Notes: generated by a model from the sequence alone, not told the origin. Counted from the stretch's first letter, positions 13,331-27,539 are shown. The stretch is 64,000 nt of DNA from Eledone cirrhosa (GCA_964016885.1 OZ024742.1:51026001-51090000), one strand, 5' to 3'. Translations and numbers: made by a program.

Positions 13331-13480
13331 AAAAACTTTGACCGCGACGGCAGAGCTCAAGCCGTTTCGACGGCTATTTCTGGACCCCAACGGGGTCATA
13401 CTTTTCCTACTTCCCACTCTTCTACCCTAAGTATTGCGTATGCTGGTGCGTTATGGTCCATTTGGTTCCTTACCACAATT
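13329..13480. repeat. Short TA-flanked repeat family carrying the 3' half of a hammerhead (also ~42714-42783 and ~46020-46190)
   Basis: The reverse complement of 13346-13368 is GAAAC-ggc-uugagcucu-gcc-GUC; the CUGAnGA half is missing or damaged in all three copies. Confidence 0.55.
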
Positions 13481-13487
13481 TCTTTGT

Positions 13488-13538
13488 TATATATATATAT
13501 ACACATATATATATATATGATATATATACATACATATA

Positions 13539-13575
<37 letters not shown>

Positions 13576-13715
13576 TCATATCTATATATATATATATATA
13601 TATATATCATCATATATATATATATATATATATATATCATCATATATATATATATATATATCATCATATATATATATATATCATCATATATATATATATA
13701 TAAATATATATATAT

Positions 13716-13765
<50 letters not shown>

Positions 13766-13785
13766 TCATATATATATATACATAT

Positions 13786-13877
<92 letters not shown>

Positions 13878-13888
13878 TATATATATAT

Positions 13889-13940
<52 letters not shown>
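13488..13940. repeat. Compound microsatellite, (TA)n punctuated by TCATCA
   Basis: Directly visible; source of the poly-YI ORFs in the track. Confidence 0.95.
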
Positions 13941-13942
<2 letters not shown>

Positions 13943-14017
13943 TTATATAATGTTGAACACTGGAAGGTAACATCCGTAGTGGTACAGCACTCAATCCATA
14001 GGACGAGTTAGGTAGAA

Positions 14018-14833
14018 ATGGTTACACAACAGTTAGTTCACCATACCGAGAACAATTGTATCACCTTATCGGATCCTCACCTCGTAATGGACATGGTTAT
14101 ACGAACGGGCATGCGCAAAAAACGTGATTTCACACAGGCAATACTAAAAAGCGTGCGAGAGGTGTAAGGGGGATGACTGGGAAAGTCCGAAAAGTTTCTA
14201 GTTGGTAAAAAAATTAGGATGATGTGATTCAATCCGGAGCTTTGTACTTATGTAAGAGGTGTTTCAAGACGTGTAGACAACGTGTGAAGAATTCATTCTC
14301 GTGTTTAGGCCATCACTATTGCATAATCTCTTTAGAATATATACTCGTTCATCAATACATAGTCCACATGAAGGATTGGACCTTTCGTATGGCTTGGACT
14401 TAGTGATGGCTTTCCATTGAATGGAGTACTCTATACTAGAGTCATTGAGGGACCATACGTGGATGAACGTCTGTCCGCCGGGTACCGAAAGGTCGACTGG
14501 TGGTTCAGGAAGCGTTCCTGAAATCGGCCCTCCGCCATACCCACATAGGCTTTGACATCCTGTGGTTGATTTGGTCGGTTGGAAGTGACCACAGCTTCAT
14601 AAATTACAGCGGGTGTGTGCATTGCTGTTGAAGGGGACAAGCTTCGGGCTTACGGCAAGAGCACCCTGGTGGAGTGTTGCTCTTAGGGCTGTTGGTGATG
14701 TGGGCCTTCATGTTCTTAGCGCAGGAGTATCCTAGTTTTACTTAGTGTCGGTTAAATATGGTGTGGTATTTATGACCTATGGAAAGTGTCTATCTAAGAG
14801 GGCTAGACATTGTTTGCCTAGATTGGTTTTAAC
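14018..14833 (-). mobile_element. Naiad-like PLE 3' fragment (GIY-YIG plus 3' end with damaged HHR at 14047-14084)
   Basis: VIYEAVVTSN...KAYVGMAEGRFQERFLNHQSTF; same family as 56069-56545 and 61600-63420; both ends close to (TA)n. Confidence 0.9.
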
Positions 14834-14869
<36 letters not shown>

Positions 14870-14874
<5 letters not shown>

Positions 14875-15752
14875 AGGTAAAAGCGAAGTAGTTTCAGATG
14901 TTCAAGTCCTTTAATAATAATGCTGGGATATATATTTCAATGACGACACTGGCCACATTTTCTGTGTGCGAGTGTCGTGACATCATCAGACAGCTTGTTA
15001 CATAATAAGGTACCTCTCTCAGAACTTCTTACTTAAACATCTCTCTCCATATTATTTACTCACTTCAATCTATATGTTTTTTTACTCACCTCAATCCGGA
15101 TTCTCACTTGAAACATTTTTTAATTACTAATTGATAATTTTTTAATTGTTTAATTTATAATTTCTGATTTTTGATTTAGAATTTTTATTTTTATTTCCAA
15201 CTCTCACTCATAACTTCCAATGTAAAACCACGATACTTAGAATTAAGTATATTTTCTCTTGGAAGTTGATGGTCAGTCGTACTGTCCATGCTTGGTGAGA
15301 GGTAGTATTGTGACCTGTAAAAACTAACACTCTCCCATCCCCTCTGGCTTTCGGCTAATTGCCACAGACGGGACGGGTTGCAGTAAACTATGGTACAGGC
15401 CTAAATGGGTCATCGTTTGGCTGAGAGGGTGAACTGACTAAGCGAATTTCGTTGAAATCTGCGGTAGATAATGGTCAACTTCTTCGGACATGCGCCTGCA
15501 CAGACCGGTGGGGGTGAATTGGTACTCACAGGGGAACGGATGAAGAACCCAAAAGCACACACTTCGTCCGTTCCCATGTCGATTCAACTTGGATTGCCTC
15601 GGAAACATAAGCTTATTATGTAACAAGCTGTCTGGAGATGTCACGCACTCGCACACAGAACAGTGTGGCCAGTGTCGTCATGGAAATATATATCACAGCA
15701 TTTTTATTATAGGACTTGAACATCTGAAGCTACTTCGCTTTTACTTATTCGA
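14870..15752. repeat. Inverted repeat (14870-15010 vs 15612-15752) with hammerhead family G in each arm
   Basis: gaataggtaaaagcgaagtagtttcagatg vs catctgaagctacttcgcttttacttattc; ~600 bp spacer. Confidence 0.85.
14922..14994 (-). ncRNA. Minimal hammerhead ribozyme, family G (second copy 15627-15699 + with mutated core)
   Basis: gcugu-CUGAUGA-u...acgacacu/agugucgu...u-GAAA-uauaua-UC-(c/a)cagc; the consensus of the two copies is fully paired. Confidence 0.7.
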
Positions 15753-15833
15753 TATTTACTCCGTCACTCCAATGTGGAAAAAGTACGTTGAGTGCTTGAT
15801 TGAATTGCATCAATGTTTACCCTAAGTATATGT

Positions 15834-15927
<94 letters not shown>

Positions 15928-16801
15928 ACTGCCCCTTCGTTATCGTGTATGGCCATTGCACGATATACCATTATTAATAATTATTAATTAATTTTATCGT
16001 GCAATGCCTGTGCGTGAAGATTTTTCTTAAGTGAGGAAACACTGTGCATTGAGCTAATCCAAATCTCTGAGCGATAGTAGCTGTAACCCGAAAAGAAGAA
16101 CTGATCAACATCACCGGTAACTACTGAGCCGCAGGTTTTATATCGGAATTATCCCAGTTTTCTGAGTTGCTTCTCACACTAGAATACCCTGACAAAGGCT
16201 AGGGGTCCTTCTCCCAGTGATTTAACCACGCGGTACATGTGTATATTCATGTTTATACAATTTTGGATGGCCGTTGTCTCTTATGAGTTCTTCCACCCTT
16301 TGTCAGGTTTTGTTTTTTTATTATTCAGGGTGATTTTGGGGTCTAGAATATTTCTACGCTTTAAAGACAAGATGCCACATCACCCCAGGGCGTCAATAAT
16401 TGGATAAGTTATTGGGGAAAACGAAGCAAGGAGGGAATAAAAGCAAAGAGGAAGAAAAGAGAAGCAGTAACAAAACAGCGAAAAAACATACAAACCGACA
16501 AAAACACACAACCCTGTTCTTACTAGTGTGAGTGTGTGTATTTGTGTGGTGTGGATACGTGGGAACGTATAGTTGCGTGTGTGCGAAAATAATGTAAGTA
16601 TGTGTGTGAGTTCCTGAATATTTTCCTGGTGAGTGTATGGACAGATGGTGAAAAATCCGAGTATAAGAATGTGGATGTCTGGAGCGTGTGACCAGTGTTA
16701 TAGAATCCGTGGAATGGTGTGGAGGACGTAGAGACTATATATGTATATACACACGCACACACACACATATATATACACACACACACATATACACACACAC
16801 A

Positions 16802-16844
<43 letters not shown>

Positions 16845-16845
<1 letters not shown>

Positions 16846-17431
16846 AATGAAAGTCCAAAGAATCTTTAGATAAAATATATACACTATTTCCTCTCCCAAT
16901 CAGTATAAATCAACCACACAAAAAAAACTTTAAACGAGGCTGTAAGTTTAAAATGTACTTATGAAGAAATAATAGACAAATGATATAGCTTATTTTCCTC
17001 GATGTACAGCTATATGATGTTTCCCTAATATTCCTTCTAGCCTGTAGAAATTGACTAGACATATAGTTGACTACACGTAATTAGGTACAACATCGAAGTT
17101 AGAAGAAACTATGTACATAAACATTACCAGAATCTTCATAAACTCTACCACCCGGCGGTTCCATTCCACTTTTTGGATATATCCGGTCTTGGATAAATCC
17201 ACAAGGCTCGGAACTCGTCAAGAGACACCTCAGACTGGAGTAAGATTTTTCTACCATGATGCTTCCCAGAAATTAATTCAAAATGGCTAAGAACCATCAC
17301 GTGGCCAATGGATGAGGCAGAAAGTTTGTGTTTGGTGCCTGTCGGTGAGTAGGCTGGTTGCTAGAAAGCGCAGCCGAATACTGCCTAAAGTTTTACTCAA
17401 CCTTGCGGGAGTATATATTAAATTTAAAGGG

Positions 17432-17471
<40 letters not shown>

Positions 17472-17875
17472 TACATATATATAATGGTTTGGCAACATTC
17501 ACGGTGTGGCTCAATGAAGAATTAATTGTTGAGGTATACACATCGCGAAAAAGAAGCTATATCATGTGTCTATAATTCTTCATAAGTACATTTTAAACTT
17601 ATAGCCTCGTTTAAATGATTTTTGTGTGCTTGATTTATACTGATTGGGAGAGGAAATACTGTATATAATTTATCTAATGATTCTTTGGACTTACATTTTT
17701 ATATATTGCTCTGATTATTAATTATTTGATTAATTCTTCATTGAGCCACACCGTGAATGGTTGCCAAAACATATATATATGAAACTAAGAATTGTCTAAT
17801 TTAGATATATATATATATGCCCTTTAAATTTAATATATACTCCCGTAAGGTTGAGTTAAGCTTTAGGGGCGCTTT
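16845..17875. repeat. Interleaved inverted repeats (16845-17005 vs 17538-17700; 17385-17527 vs 17730-17868)
   Basis: aagtccaaagaatc...ctctcccaatcagtataaatcaa vs ttgatttatactgattgggagagg...gattctttggactt. Confidence 0.8.
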
Positions 17876-18643
17876 CTATGTGCAGTTAAATATATGTCTA
17901 GTCAATTTCTATATTGAGCGACACCGTGATATATAAGGAAAAGAGGTCGAGAATGCGCAGGAGTCTCTTTAAGTATATGTATCCATTTCCTTACTCAGTT
18001 TCACAGTTCTTATGCCTTTCAAATGTAGAATTGAGATGGAGGGTTAGTGGTTTGTCTCGCAAGACAAATCACAGACCTTAAACAAGAAGTGTAAGTCGAC
18101 AGATTGAAAGTAACTTCATTTATTCATATTCGCTGCAATATATATTTCAGTGATAACCAATATTCAACAGCTATGACCTCATGATCCAGTTAGAACTTGA
18201 ACAGAAAAAACTGGAAAACATAATGTGGAATAGATTTCAACTTATTAATTCGTTGATAAGTTCAGATCCAGAGTACGGTATTATTGATCTAAGGAACTGA
18301 AAGCATATGATTTAGAATGAATAAATTCCAGCGGCGAAAGGACATACCTTCACCTCATTGGTCAGATACCATATCAACACCTCCAGCCTTAAGTCTATTG
18401 AAATTCTTCGGTCAGTTTTCCTAGAAGCATGTGAGACTGTTAGGTTGCTTTTAACGGCATATATATTATGGTCGAGTTGAAATACTAAGAGTGAGAAATG
18501 AAATTTCGTTTCATTTTTTCCGTTTATCGTTTTCGGTACCCCGGCCGATTAACTCACTCGATATGCAAATTAGGCTGCTCAGCCGTTAATATGCATAAGG
18601 AAAGTATATACTTTCAGACGTTCAACATCTGGCAGGAAGGTAT

Positions 18644-18686
18644 ACGTTGCTGACGATAGCTAATAAGCTTGAAACTAGTACAGCGT
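18644..18686 (+). ncRNA. Minimal hammerhead ribozyme, family F, unit 1
   Basis: acguug-CUGACGA-u-agcu-aaua-agcu-u-GAAAC-ua-GUA-cagcgu; 6 bp helix I; predicted cut after 18680. Confidence 0.85.
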
Positions 18687-18804
18687 TCCTTTGTCAGTGT
18701 TGAACAAATGAGCAACGATGGTTGCTAGACACTGTACGGCTTAATTCGGGATGTTTGTTTACAAACACACCGAGCATTATAATAAATGTTCGGTGAATCC
18801 ATAC

Positions 18805-18856
<52 letters not shown>

Positions 18857-19106
18857 ATGTATGTATATATATATATACATACTACTGTACGTCTATATAC
18901 ATATATGTATGTACGTATACATACGTATATTTAAGTAACAGCCGTACTAAGAGTGAGAAATGAAATTTCGTTTCATTTTTTCCGTTTATCGTTTTCGGTA
19001 CCCCGGCCGAATAACTCACTCGATATGCAAATTAGGCTGCTCAGCCGTTAATATGCATAAGGAAAGTATATACGTTCAGACGTTCAACCATCTGGCAGGA
19101 AGGTAT

Positions 19107-19149
19107 ACGTTGCTGACGATAGCTAATAAGCTTGAAACTAGTACATCGT
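19107..19149 (+). ncRNA. Minimal hammerhead ribozyme, family F, unit 2
   Basis: Identical core, one mismatch in helix I; predicted cut after 19143. Confidence 0.8.
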
Positions 19150-19340
19150 TCCTTTGTCAGTTTTGATCAAACGAGCAACCATTGTTGCTAGACACTGTAT
19201 GGCTTAATTCGGGATGTTTGTTTACAAACACACCAAGCATTATAATAAATGTTCGGTGAATCCATACGTACATATATATATGTGCATGTATGTATATATA
19301 CATACATCCTACTGTAGGTACGTATGTATACATACATACT

Positions 19341-19373
<33 letters not shown>

Positions 19374-19921
19374 GTAAGGGACTACTCTGAGTTTTTAACT
19401 CAATATATATGTTTTGGCTCCATCTTGTAGAGCTAATTGTTATTGTCCTGTCGACCAGGGTGGTATTTTTAGCGGCAGGGTATTTCGAGACAGCTGGGTT
19501 CCGAGTGACACGTGCGATAATTCATATCGTACACAATTCATTCTAATATTTGTTGAAGTGAAAGGATCACTAATTTCTCAACAACTACTGAGTAGCAGAG
19601 AAACGTGAAAACCTCACTTAATAATTCGTTGCGAAACAGTCTCCAGCGCTGTCTAGTTGTAATCAGGGTTTTTTGTCCAATATAGGTCTGTTATTTTTCT
19701 TTATTTTTCTTAATTTAATATTTAAAGTTAAGGATAACAAACTATATTTCTGTAGTTAGCATTTTTTAACCCTAGCAAATTTTAGTCCTTACGATTCGAA
19801 CACATGTATGTTTATATCAGTGTTCATCTCTCTTGTTTATTCAATAATATCGTACGGCTCGGAAAAGTTTTTTTTTTCTCAGTGCTATTTAATTGTAAGG
19901 AACTACCCTAAGTTCTTGACT

Positions 19922-19986
<65 letters not shown>

Positions 19987-20070
19987 GGGGGGGGGATTAT
20001 GTGTGTGTGTGTTTGAGTGCATGGTATATGTATCCAAATAAAAGCGTATATATATATATTTATATATATA

Positions 20071-20106
<36 letters not shown>

Positions 20107-20869
20107 CACACAAACATGTGGTGAAAATGTCTAGAAATTAACGATACACACACACACAAACATATATGAATGTCATACATTGATCAACGGTTATCTCTAA
20201 TAGGGAACACCACACCAAACGCAATAAAACAATTTATATTTGCCACAAGCAATTGTGATTTATACATATCTAGTTACTCATCTAAGGTGGTAACTTCTAT
20301 CATAAAAAGTAAAAGAAAACATACCTGCGTATCAAATCAACAAGCAATGTGATTACAATGGTGAAAAGTAATCAGCGAAAAATATTTAAATCGGGGGGAC
20401 AACATGAACATCCCCTGATATCAACCCTCACCCATGGGAATTGCACATTTGCCGATAATCAATGAGATGTATTTTTTTTTTTATTTTGCAATAATACTTC
20501 CTCAACATATACCCAAAATATGATTATTACATACGACTGCACAGGCGTGTGTGTTTTACGTGTGTGTGTGTGATTCTATGTGTATGATATTTCGTTGTGT
20601 GCTTTTATGTGTGTATTGGAATGAAATATATTTGTTCCTCTTTATATACATATATTTATGAATTCACTTTTATGCGAGTTGCTTATAAAGCCGACTGGTG
20701 ATAAACTGAGTTAGTTTTATTTATTGCGGAATGGTTCGACTTGTAATGAAATGTCGCGATGTTGTCACTATCATCATTAAAGACGTATTACTGTTTTATA
20801 GTTATATAGCTAAATCCTATAGTTAAATACATATGCGTTACGCCTTGTCACCATTTTGCAGATCATATC

Positions 20870-21850
20870 GGTGTATTCGATTTCAACGTCCGCCTCATTT
20901 TATAATACATCAGCAATGTTGGTTTCGATATTACCAGTAGGCAACAGGTGAAGCTCACCGTGAAGTTCGGTGGCCTTGTCCCCCAATTTGCATCAGAGCT
21001 GTCACTGCCGGGACAACTCTCCTCACCCTCCTCTTTTCCCACCCTTATCAGGGATGTTCTCAGCAAGATGGTAGAACCTGACGTGGCACAGGAAACGGAA
21101 TCAGCGCCAGCCGACTGGACCGACGAAGGCTTCTCCGTCTCCGAGTGTCCTAATGTCTAACGTTCCTGGAAGAAGATCATGCAAAAGTCTACATTGAGGT
21201 GGATCGAGTCCTGCACATCTAACACCGTCTCACCTGCCTTCGTTCCGCTTCGCAACCAAACAACAGCGCGCGGTACCCTTCTTGATGATGAGTGAACTCA
21301 TATCGGAGTTCCATCAGCCTCAGCCTACGCATGTGTGAGCCACATTAACGCCGTTGTGAAGCTGGCACTGATGTGTTCGGACTGCCCCCACTATTTTCCC
21401 GTGATGGTACAGGCCGGTTCCTCCGACATGCTGCTATAAACCATGTAATGAGAAAGAGCACAGACGCAGCCGGCTTCCCGTCATAACTGGAGAAAGTAGA
21501 TCTCGACCGTATGTAAGGCGAGCCTCTCGGCGGAATTATTCTCTTCCCAAATCAGGCAGATAAATCCCTTATCTGAGACGCTACATGCTGCGTCTCTTTC
21601 AACGGCTCCAACGTAGTTGCTTTGGCCAAAAGCAAATAATGGTGATTGTCCGACCGCGTCCTCTTCCCATCGCCAACTGTCGAAATCACAAAGATCACAG
21701 GTATCTTCGGGCTCCGTACAGTTGAGATCCTTCGTAAAGTCGAAATGAGCAGTCCCTCTGAGGTAGGAGCACCATGTTGCAAGCGTGTCACTTGCTATTG
21801 ACCAGTGCATGTCACTTGCCATTTTGCCCGCAGGGCACAGTTGAAACACC
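20870..21850 (+). mobile_element. Decayed CRE-clade non-LTR retrotransposon 3' region (zinc knuckle / restriction-like endonuclease)
   Basis: GC-richer island; + strand remnants GTLLDDE*THIGV, GRFLRHAAINHVM and GIILFP...KSLI*DATC resemble the CRE GTLLD..LRIAV / GRxxRHxxLN / PDGxTLxPWxxGxxLxWDxT motifs. Confidence 0.7.
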
Positions 21851-24664
21851 ACTGTTACTCTCTGCTCTTTCCACTTTATTCTTCTTTGGTTCTCGCTGCT
21901 TAATAATCCCCGCTCTTTCCCTTCCTTTCGTCTCATTTATAGTATTTTGCAATGCTACTTTGCGTTTGACTAAATTTTGAATACTTTAATATTATTATTA
22001 TGGGCATAATTAAGAATTTGAAGAGATTTTGTAAAATATATAAGTTTTTGTTTCATTGATATAATAAAAGTGTTTGTTTCATAATGTATTATATGTGTTA
22101 TATGATGAAATGAACAAATACTTAAATCAGCAATTTAACAATACTGCCTTGGTCTTAATTCGTATGTGTAAAACATATAGACAAGTTGAAAGGCATTAAA
22201 GAGCCGAATCACATTATTTGCATTTGTGATCTCACAAAGATTCAATGTGTATTTCATCATTTCAAGTTCGGTAAATGAAGCAACGCGCTTGAGTAGAGGT
22301 TGGGCGGAATCGTCAGAAAACCGACGAGAATGCCTTGCGTTATCTTTCCTTGAAACATAATGATAAATGTAAGTGTGTGTGCGTGTATGTCTTCCTGTTT
22401 GTAGGAATTTTGAATAAATACGCGTGGAAAAACTCAAACATACTAACACACTCTCCCACACTTACGTTGTGAGGGATTTAAAATAAAAGCTAAGCAAATG
22501 AGCGTAACACTGGTGTCAGTATTTCTACCAAGATTGCAACTAAATTACATATATGAAATGCATATTAGCCGGATAGTTAAATCTTGCCACTGGACCTTAG
22601 CAGTCAGCGGGTTGTTAATTAATATATTTTTTGCTTACTTTAATATAGGCGAAAGAGAATATGGAAAGCGTAGTTTTCTATGAGAAAATAACCTTACTTA
22701 AATATCCGACCTATGTTAAATTGAACGATCCCCCCTTGCCTCGCTCAAACGTGAAATTGAGATTCGCTCATTGGAAATCTCCTGTAGTCTGTATCGATTG
22801 TAATTGGAATTCCGTTGTAATTGGTCAACAAATCTGGTATATAATTGTTTCTAACATAGGCACACTGCCAGCTTATGCGGCTTTTGAACTTTGATTAAAT
22901 CGACCACAGGACTTTACGGGTACCTTATTATATCGACCCTGTATCGACGATCCGCGAAGTTGTGCTCGGCTGGATTTCATACCAGAATGTAGAGAACATT
23001 GTAAGAAAATACTGAAATGCATTTCTCAAAATCTAGCTCCCAATGTTATATATAAAATAAAATCACATAAAATCTAAATGGATTATCTTGGCAAAAGAGC
23101 TATACTATGAGGTATTTTCCTGTTTCTTACCATGTTACAGTAGAGCAATTGTCTAAACTTGGATTATTTCCGTCAATATTAGACGTTTGAATACATAAAA
23201 TGTCTTGGGATATTTAGATATCTCGTGTAGACATTGGCAAATTTGTATGAGTTCTTAATGGGCAAAAGGGTGGCTATTCGTATTTCTTGGTAGATTTAAA
23301 CACTAAGTTAAATAGACGACAACATGACCGACCAATTCGATTCGTCACCAAATATACCGTAATGAACAATAAACGTTAAAACCCATTTGAATATCCAAAA
23401 TATGCGGTATAATGGGTTCAGTTAATGGGTTTGCGGAACGAATCAATCACAATAAAGTATACACTTCCACTGTTGTTTTATCTGTATCAATCCATTACAA
23501 AATCGATTTATTACAAGGAAGAAAAAAAATAAAACGAAAATAATAATAATAACAAAATAAATACGTACACATACCGATATGAATGAAAATGGAATTCATT
23601 TTAAAGAGCATTCGTATCATGTATTAGAATGATAAGGAAGAATGAAATATATACGTATATATATAAACACTAATAGCAATTGCAAAAATGTCATCAGCAT
23701 CAGCAGCATCGTCACTATCATAAGCAACTGTATTAAACAAAGTCAAAACCACCGCAAAAAAATAGAGCTAATTGCTCGGAGCTATTTATATACAAATATA
23801 ACACCGGAAATACATTTTCCGTGGAGCAGAATATAAAGAAGAAATGTATTCTAGAATAAAAGACAAATATGGTAGCTTTATGATAGAAGACACACAAATA
23901 TAATGCACGATGTGGAATATAAAGACAATAAATGATAAGAATGAAAATATTTGAAACAAAGCGAGAAATCACAAAACAATATATAATAGAAAAATATATT
24001 ATCTAAATATTGCTCTAAGAAAGGATTATAGCTCTTAAAAATAGAATACTGCTAGAATCTTATCGTCTGAATTGAGCAACCGTATTTTTCGAAAAATTTA
24101 TCGATTAGTGAAAATGGTGAAGAAATCAATAAGCTTCAATTAAATACATGTTATTTTTTTTTCAGTTACCTTTTGGTAAACCATCATGCAAACTTTGTTG
24201 TATATGAACGTTCCAGAAAACAGTACACTCAGAAACGGATACGTATGAAAAATAACGAAGATCTCAAACTGAAATAAAAATAATTGCCTAATCTAACAAG
24301 ATACAAAAATCAACATTTTTATCTCTAAATAATTAATACTGAAGGATTTAATTTCATTCTGGGATGGCAAAGATTATATCCAGAATATATATTAAAGCTT
24401 CTATCGATACTTACGCAACCATTAATATACTTTATATATATATATTGGTAGTGATGCTCTGAAATAGCAATGTATACGTATAGTATATTTGACAAAATAC
24501 TGTACGTTTATTTAAAAACATTTTGAAGACCATTCGCTATGAATTTTAAAGAAGTGACTACATCACGTATTTAGTCTCGGCAAAAACAATGGGCAGTAAT
24601 CGACAGTGGTACAGTTTCTCACTTGTAAGTGGCTGTCAAGTCACATACTCCCGCACGTACATTC

Positions 24665-24719
<55 letters not shown>

Positions 24720-25119
24720 TAAGAGGAGAATACACGAAAGAGTGTGTTATCAATTACAGGTGCCATAAAGCCACTAATTGAAAAACATAGAAACTACGTA
24801 AGCTATGCGAAATGCATTATAATTAAAGAGATAAATTAAAATGCATAACCGAACTTTATAACTATACCACGCCTGTACAGACTCAAAGAGAAAGTTTCAC
24901 AATAAACAGTGTAAGAATCATAACGTCTCAGAGATCTTAAGCTGGTGTAAAGAAAAGATGTCCCTCACTTCTAAATAAATATCAGCTAACTGAATTGTCA
25001 CACGTAGAGAGAGAAGGAGAATGCACGCGGCAGACAGTACGTAGTAGCATGAATGGAACCAAATGCTGCTTGAAATAGCAACCTATAACCATTCAAATTA
25101 TATATATATATATATATAT

Positions 25120-25550
25120 ATTGTTATGCTTTGTAAGGGTCATGTTGCCAAAAAGAAACACACGCACCAGTTGCTTTTATAAATTTGTAAATTTCCGGTT
25201 GGTTGGTTAGTTCCACAACCAGACGATTGTTCATATATTGTCAAATGTCTTATGTCACACATTATGTGACCTCTTAAGTGACTGGAGATTATTTCCTTTG
25301 TTTTCGTGCCTCTCTTTTGTTCTCTCCTACGCCATCTTGTTTTGGTGTGTGTTGTGTGCTTAGTTTGCGTATGTGTTACATCCGGGTGTATGTGTGCGTT
25401 TATATTTGTTTATTTATTTGTTTATTTACATGTTACTGGTTGGTTGTTTGTTCTATGTGTGTGTGTGTTTTCATGTTGTCCTTAATTGTAAGTTGTGATG
25501 TTGCTGTTCATTTCATGTTTTCAAGTCTATTTAATTCTGGTTGGAGTTCA
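25120..25550 (-). mobile_element. pLTR fragment of the second PLE family (as 32150-32620)
   Basis: Reverse-complement match to 32150-32620; begins at (TA)n; HHR core destroyed. Confidence 0.75.
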
Positions 25551-26102
25551 TATGGAGTACCATATTATTATTTCTCGTTTATATTTATAATACAAATTTC
25601 TCACGCGATTACATAGAGGTTACAGCAACGCACAACTTTGTGTTTACAATCTCTATGATATTTAACTCCCATCTGTCAGAAGATATCATAAATTTATAGT
25701 TCAAGTTTGAAGGAAGTTAAACTTTGTATATATCAGTCAGCAGTGCGACATTATTCATTGACAACTGTATTTCTCTGTACAAATAATTCCCAAATACAGA
25801 CAGGCCAATACTTTCTAGTATATAGTCATAGACACACGCATGCTTGGATTTCTGTAACGGGAACAAATAAAGTTATAAATGATTATGTATATATTTATGT
25901 AGTATGATCAAACCTTATTGATTCAGAACTACTCAATGTATATTGATAGTGTACGGATTATTCAAATTAATTTCCTACCTCACGGATAGAATTTTACAAC
26001 TGAGTTAATGCGAAGTGAAAATTGATTAACCTCAAGGCGAGAAGATATTATTTCATACAAACGACGCACACACACAAAATGTGTATATGTGTGTGTGTGT
26101 GT

Positions 26103-26134
<32 letters not shown>

Positions 26135-27479
26135 TTGTGTGTGTTTGTGTGTGTGTGTGTGCGCGCGCACATGCGGTAACAAAAAAGAAAGCAAGAATCA
26201 AACAAAGAAGCGGGTGCAATGACATGAATCGTATTACTTTCAGGTTAGGAGAAAGAAAGTTATATAGTCAACGTATTGGGCATTTGTCCTTCTTCAGGAA
26301 AAACACAAGAGAAAAATTGTGAAGTAAATAAATAAAAAATGTAAAACATAAATGAAACATGTTAAAGTAAAATTAGAAAGAAAAATTAGCAAATATAAAT
26401 TATATGTGTGTGTATGTGTGTCTGTGTGTGTTAAGAAGAAGAGAAGACTTAATGTTTTATCCTTACATTTATTGCCTTACATAAAGTATATGCACATTTC
26501 CAAGTCAATAAATTGGTATTATTAAACAATTAATGTGTTCATCAAAAAGGAGCTAACAATGTAAACAATAGTTTGTCATTGATATTCCCGAATGAAGTTC
26601 GGGTTCCAGCATGCATACTTAATTTCATGTTTGCAATAGTCCGCTGGAAAAAGATGAGTGGATGTTACGTTAATGTTAGAATGACTTGAACAGAGTTCAC
26701 TGCAGCAATGATGTCTACACTGTTTTATTTTGCTCAATCTACTATTGTTGCTAAAGTTTTACAAGCTTTTTTTTATTTCATCTATTTTTCTTTTTACTAT
26801 ACATATATGTACTAACCTCCGTCATTCGTAACAGCCTAGGCTTATCAGATTATTCCCCGTAAATAACGTCAATCATATTAATAAGAGTTGAAATGCCGCC
26901 GAGGTGGACTTTGCCTTTTATCCTTAAGGGAGCGAAAATATAAAGGACAAGTTATGCTCTGGTTTCAATTTAATCGACTTGCCCCTTCGCCCAAAATGTT
27001 CGACTTGTCCCTAAATCCGAAACCAATACAATTGTATTGTAGGTTGGTTATGGATGATTTCCTAGTGTGCTGTTTCTTCTGGCAGTTCTTCCTTTCGTAT
27101 TATTTACTTCTCTTATAATGTGTAGGTGTTCGGGTGCTTAGTTGAGGTGGTATATGTTATGAGGCTGAGCCACTAGTCGTTCGTCTATTGTTCATTAGCC
27201 AGGACTGAATCCTCCGCTTCCTCCCTCTAGGGGTGTTGAATTTTACCAGTGGTTGTCCTCCGATTTCTAATGAGACAACTATGATATCTGTCCTTATGCT
27301 CTGCATTTCTTACGAAATGTTTCTCCATTGCTCTATATTGTCGCAGTCTGGATTGTTTCTTCTTATGTCGGTGCATTCTTTTCACTTAATAAGTGGTTGA
27401 AGGTCGTAGACTTATTTAATTTAGATATATCTCTTTTATAGTTTCCATTCTTCCAATGCCCACACACCCACACACACAC

Positions 27480-27539
<60 letters not shown>

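Larger units (their letters stand above)
18483..19340 (+). mobile_element. Tandem dimer of non-coding HHR repeat family F (period ~463 bp); retrozyme-like
   Basis: tactaagagtgagaaatgaaatttcg recurs at 18483 and 18945; one HHR per unit; no credible ORF; ends in (TA)n. Confidence 0.85.

Noticed and set aside
13139-14011. Longest ORF (290 aa) and the many other YI/HT/VC-rich ORFs
   Set aside because: Translations of (TA)n and (CA)n microsatellites, which lack stop codons; no protein signal.
18483-19340. CRISPR-like array or LTR pair
   Set aside because: Units are long and contiguous with no spacers, no TG...CA ends, PBS or internal gag/pol; eukaryotic context.
21481-21936. 151 aa minus-strand ORF in a GC-rich island
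   Set aside because: Antisense to a decayed CRE retrotransposon whose motifs are on the + strand.
24778-24826. UUGAAAA-catag...ctatgc-GAAA-tgca motif
   Set aside because: Could be a decayed U3-A8 hammerhead, but helix I cannot be formed.
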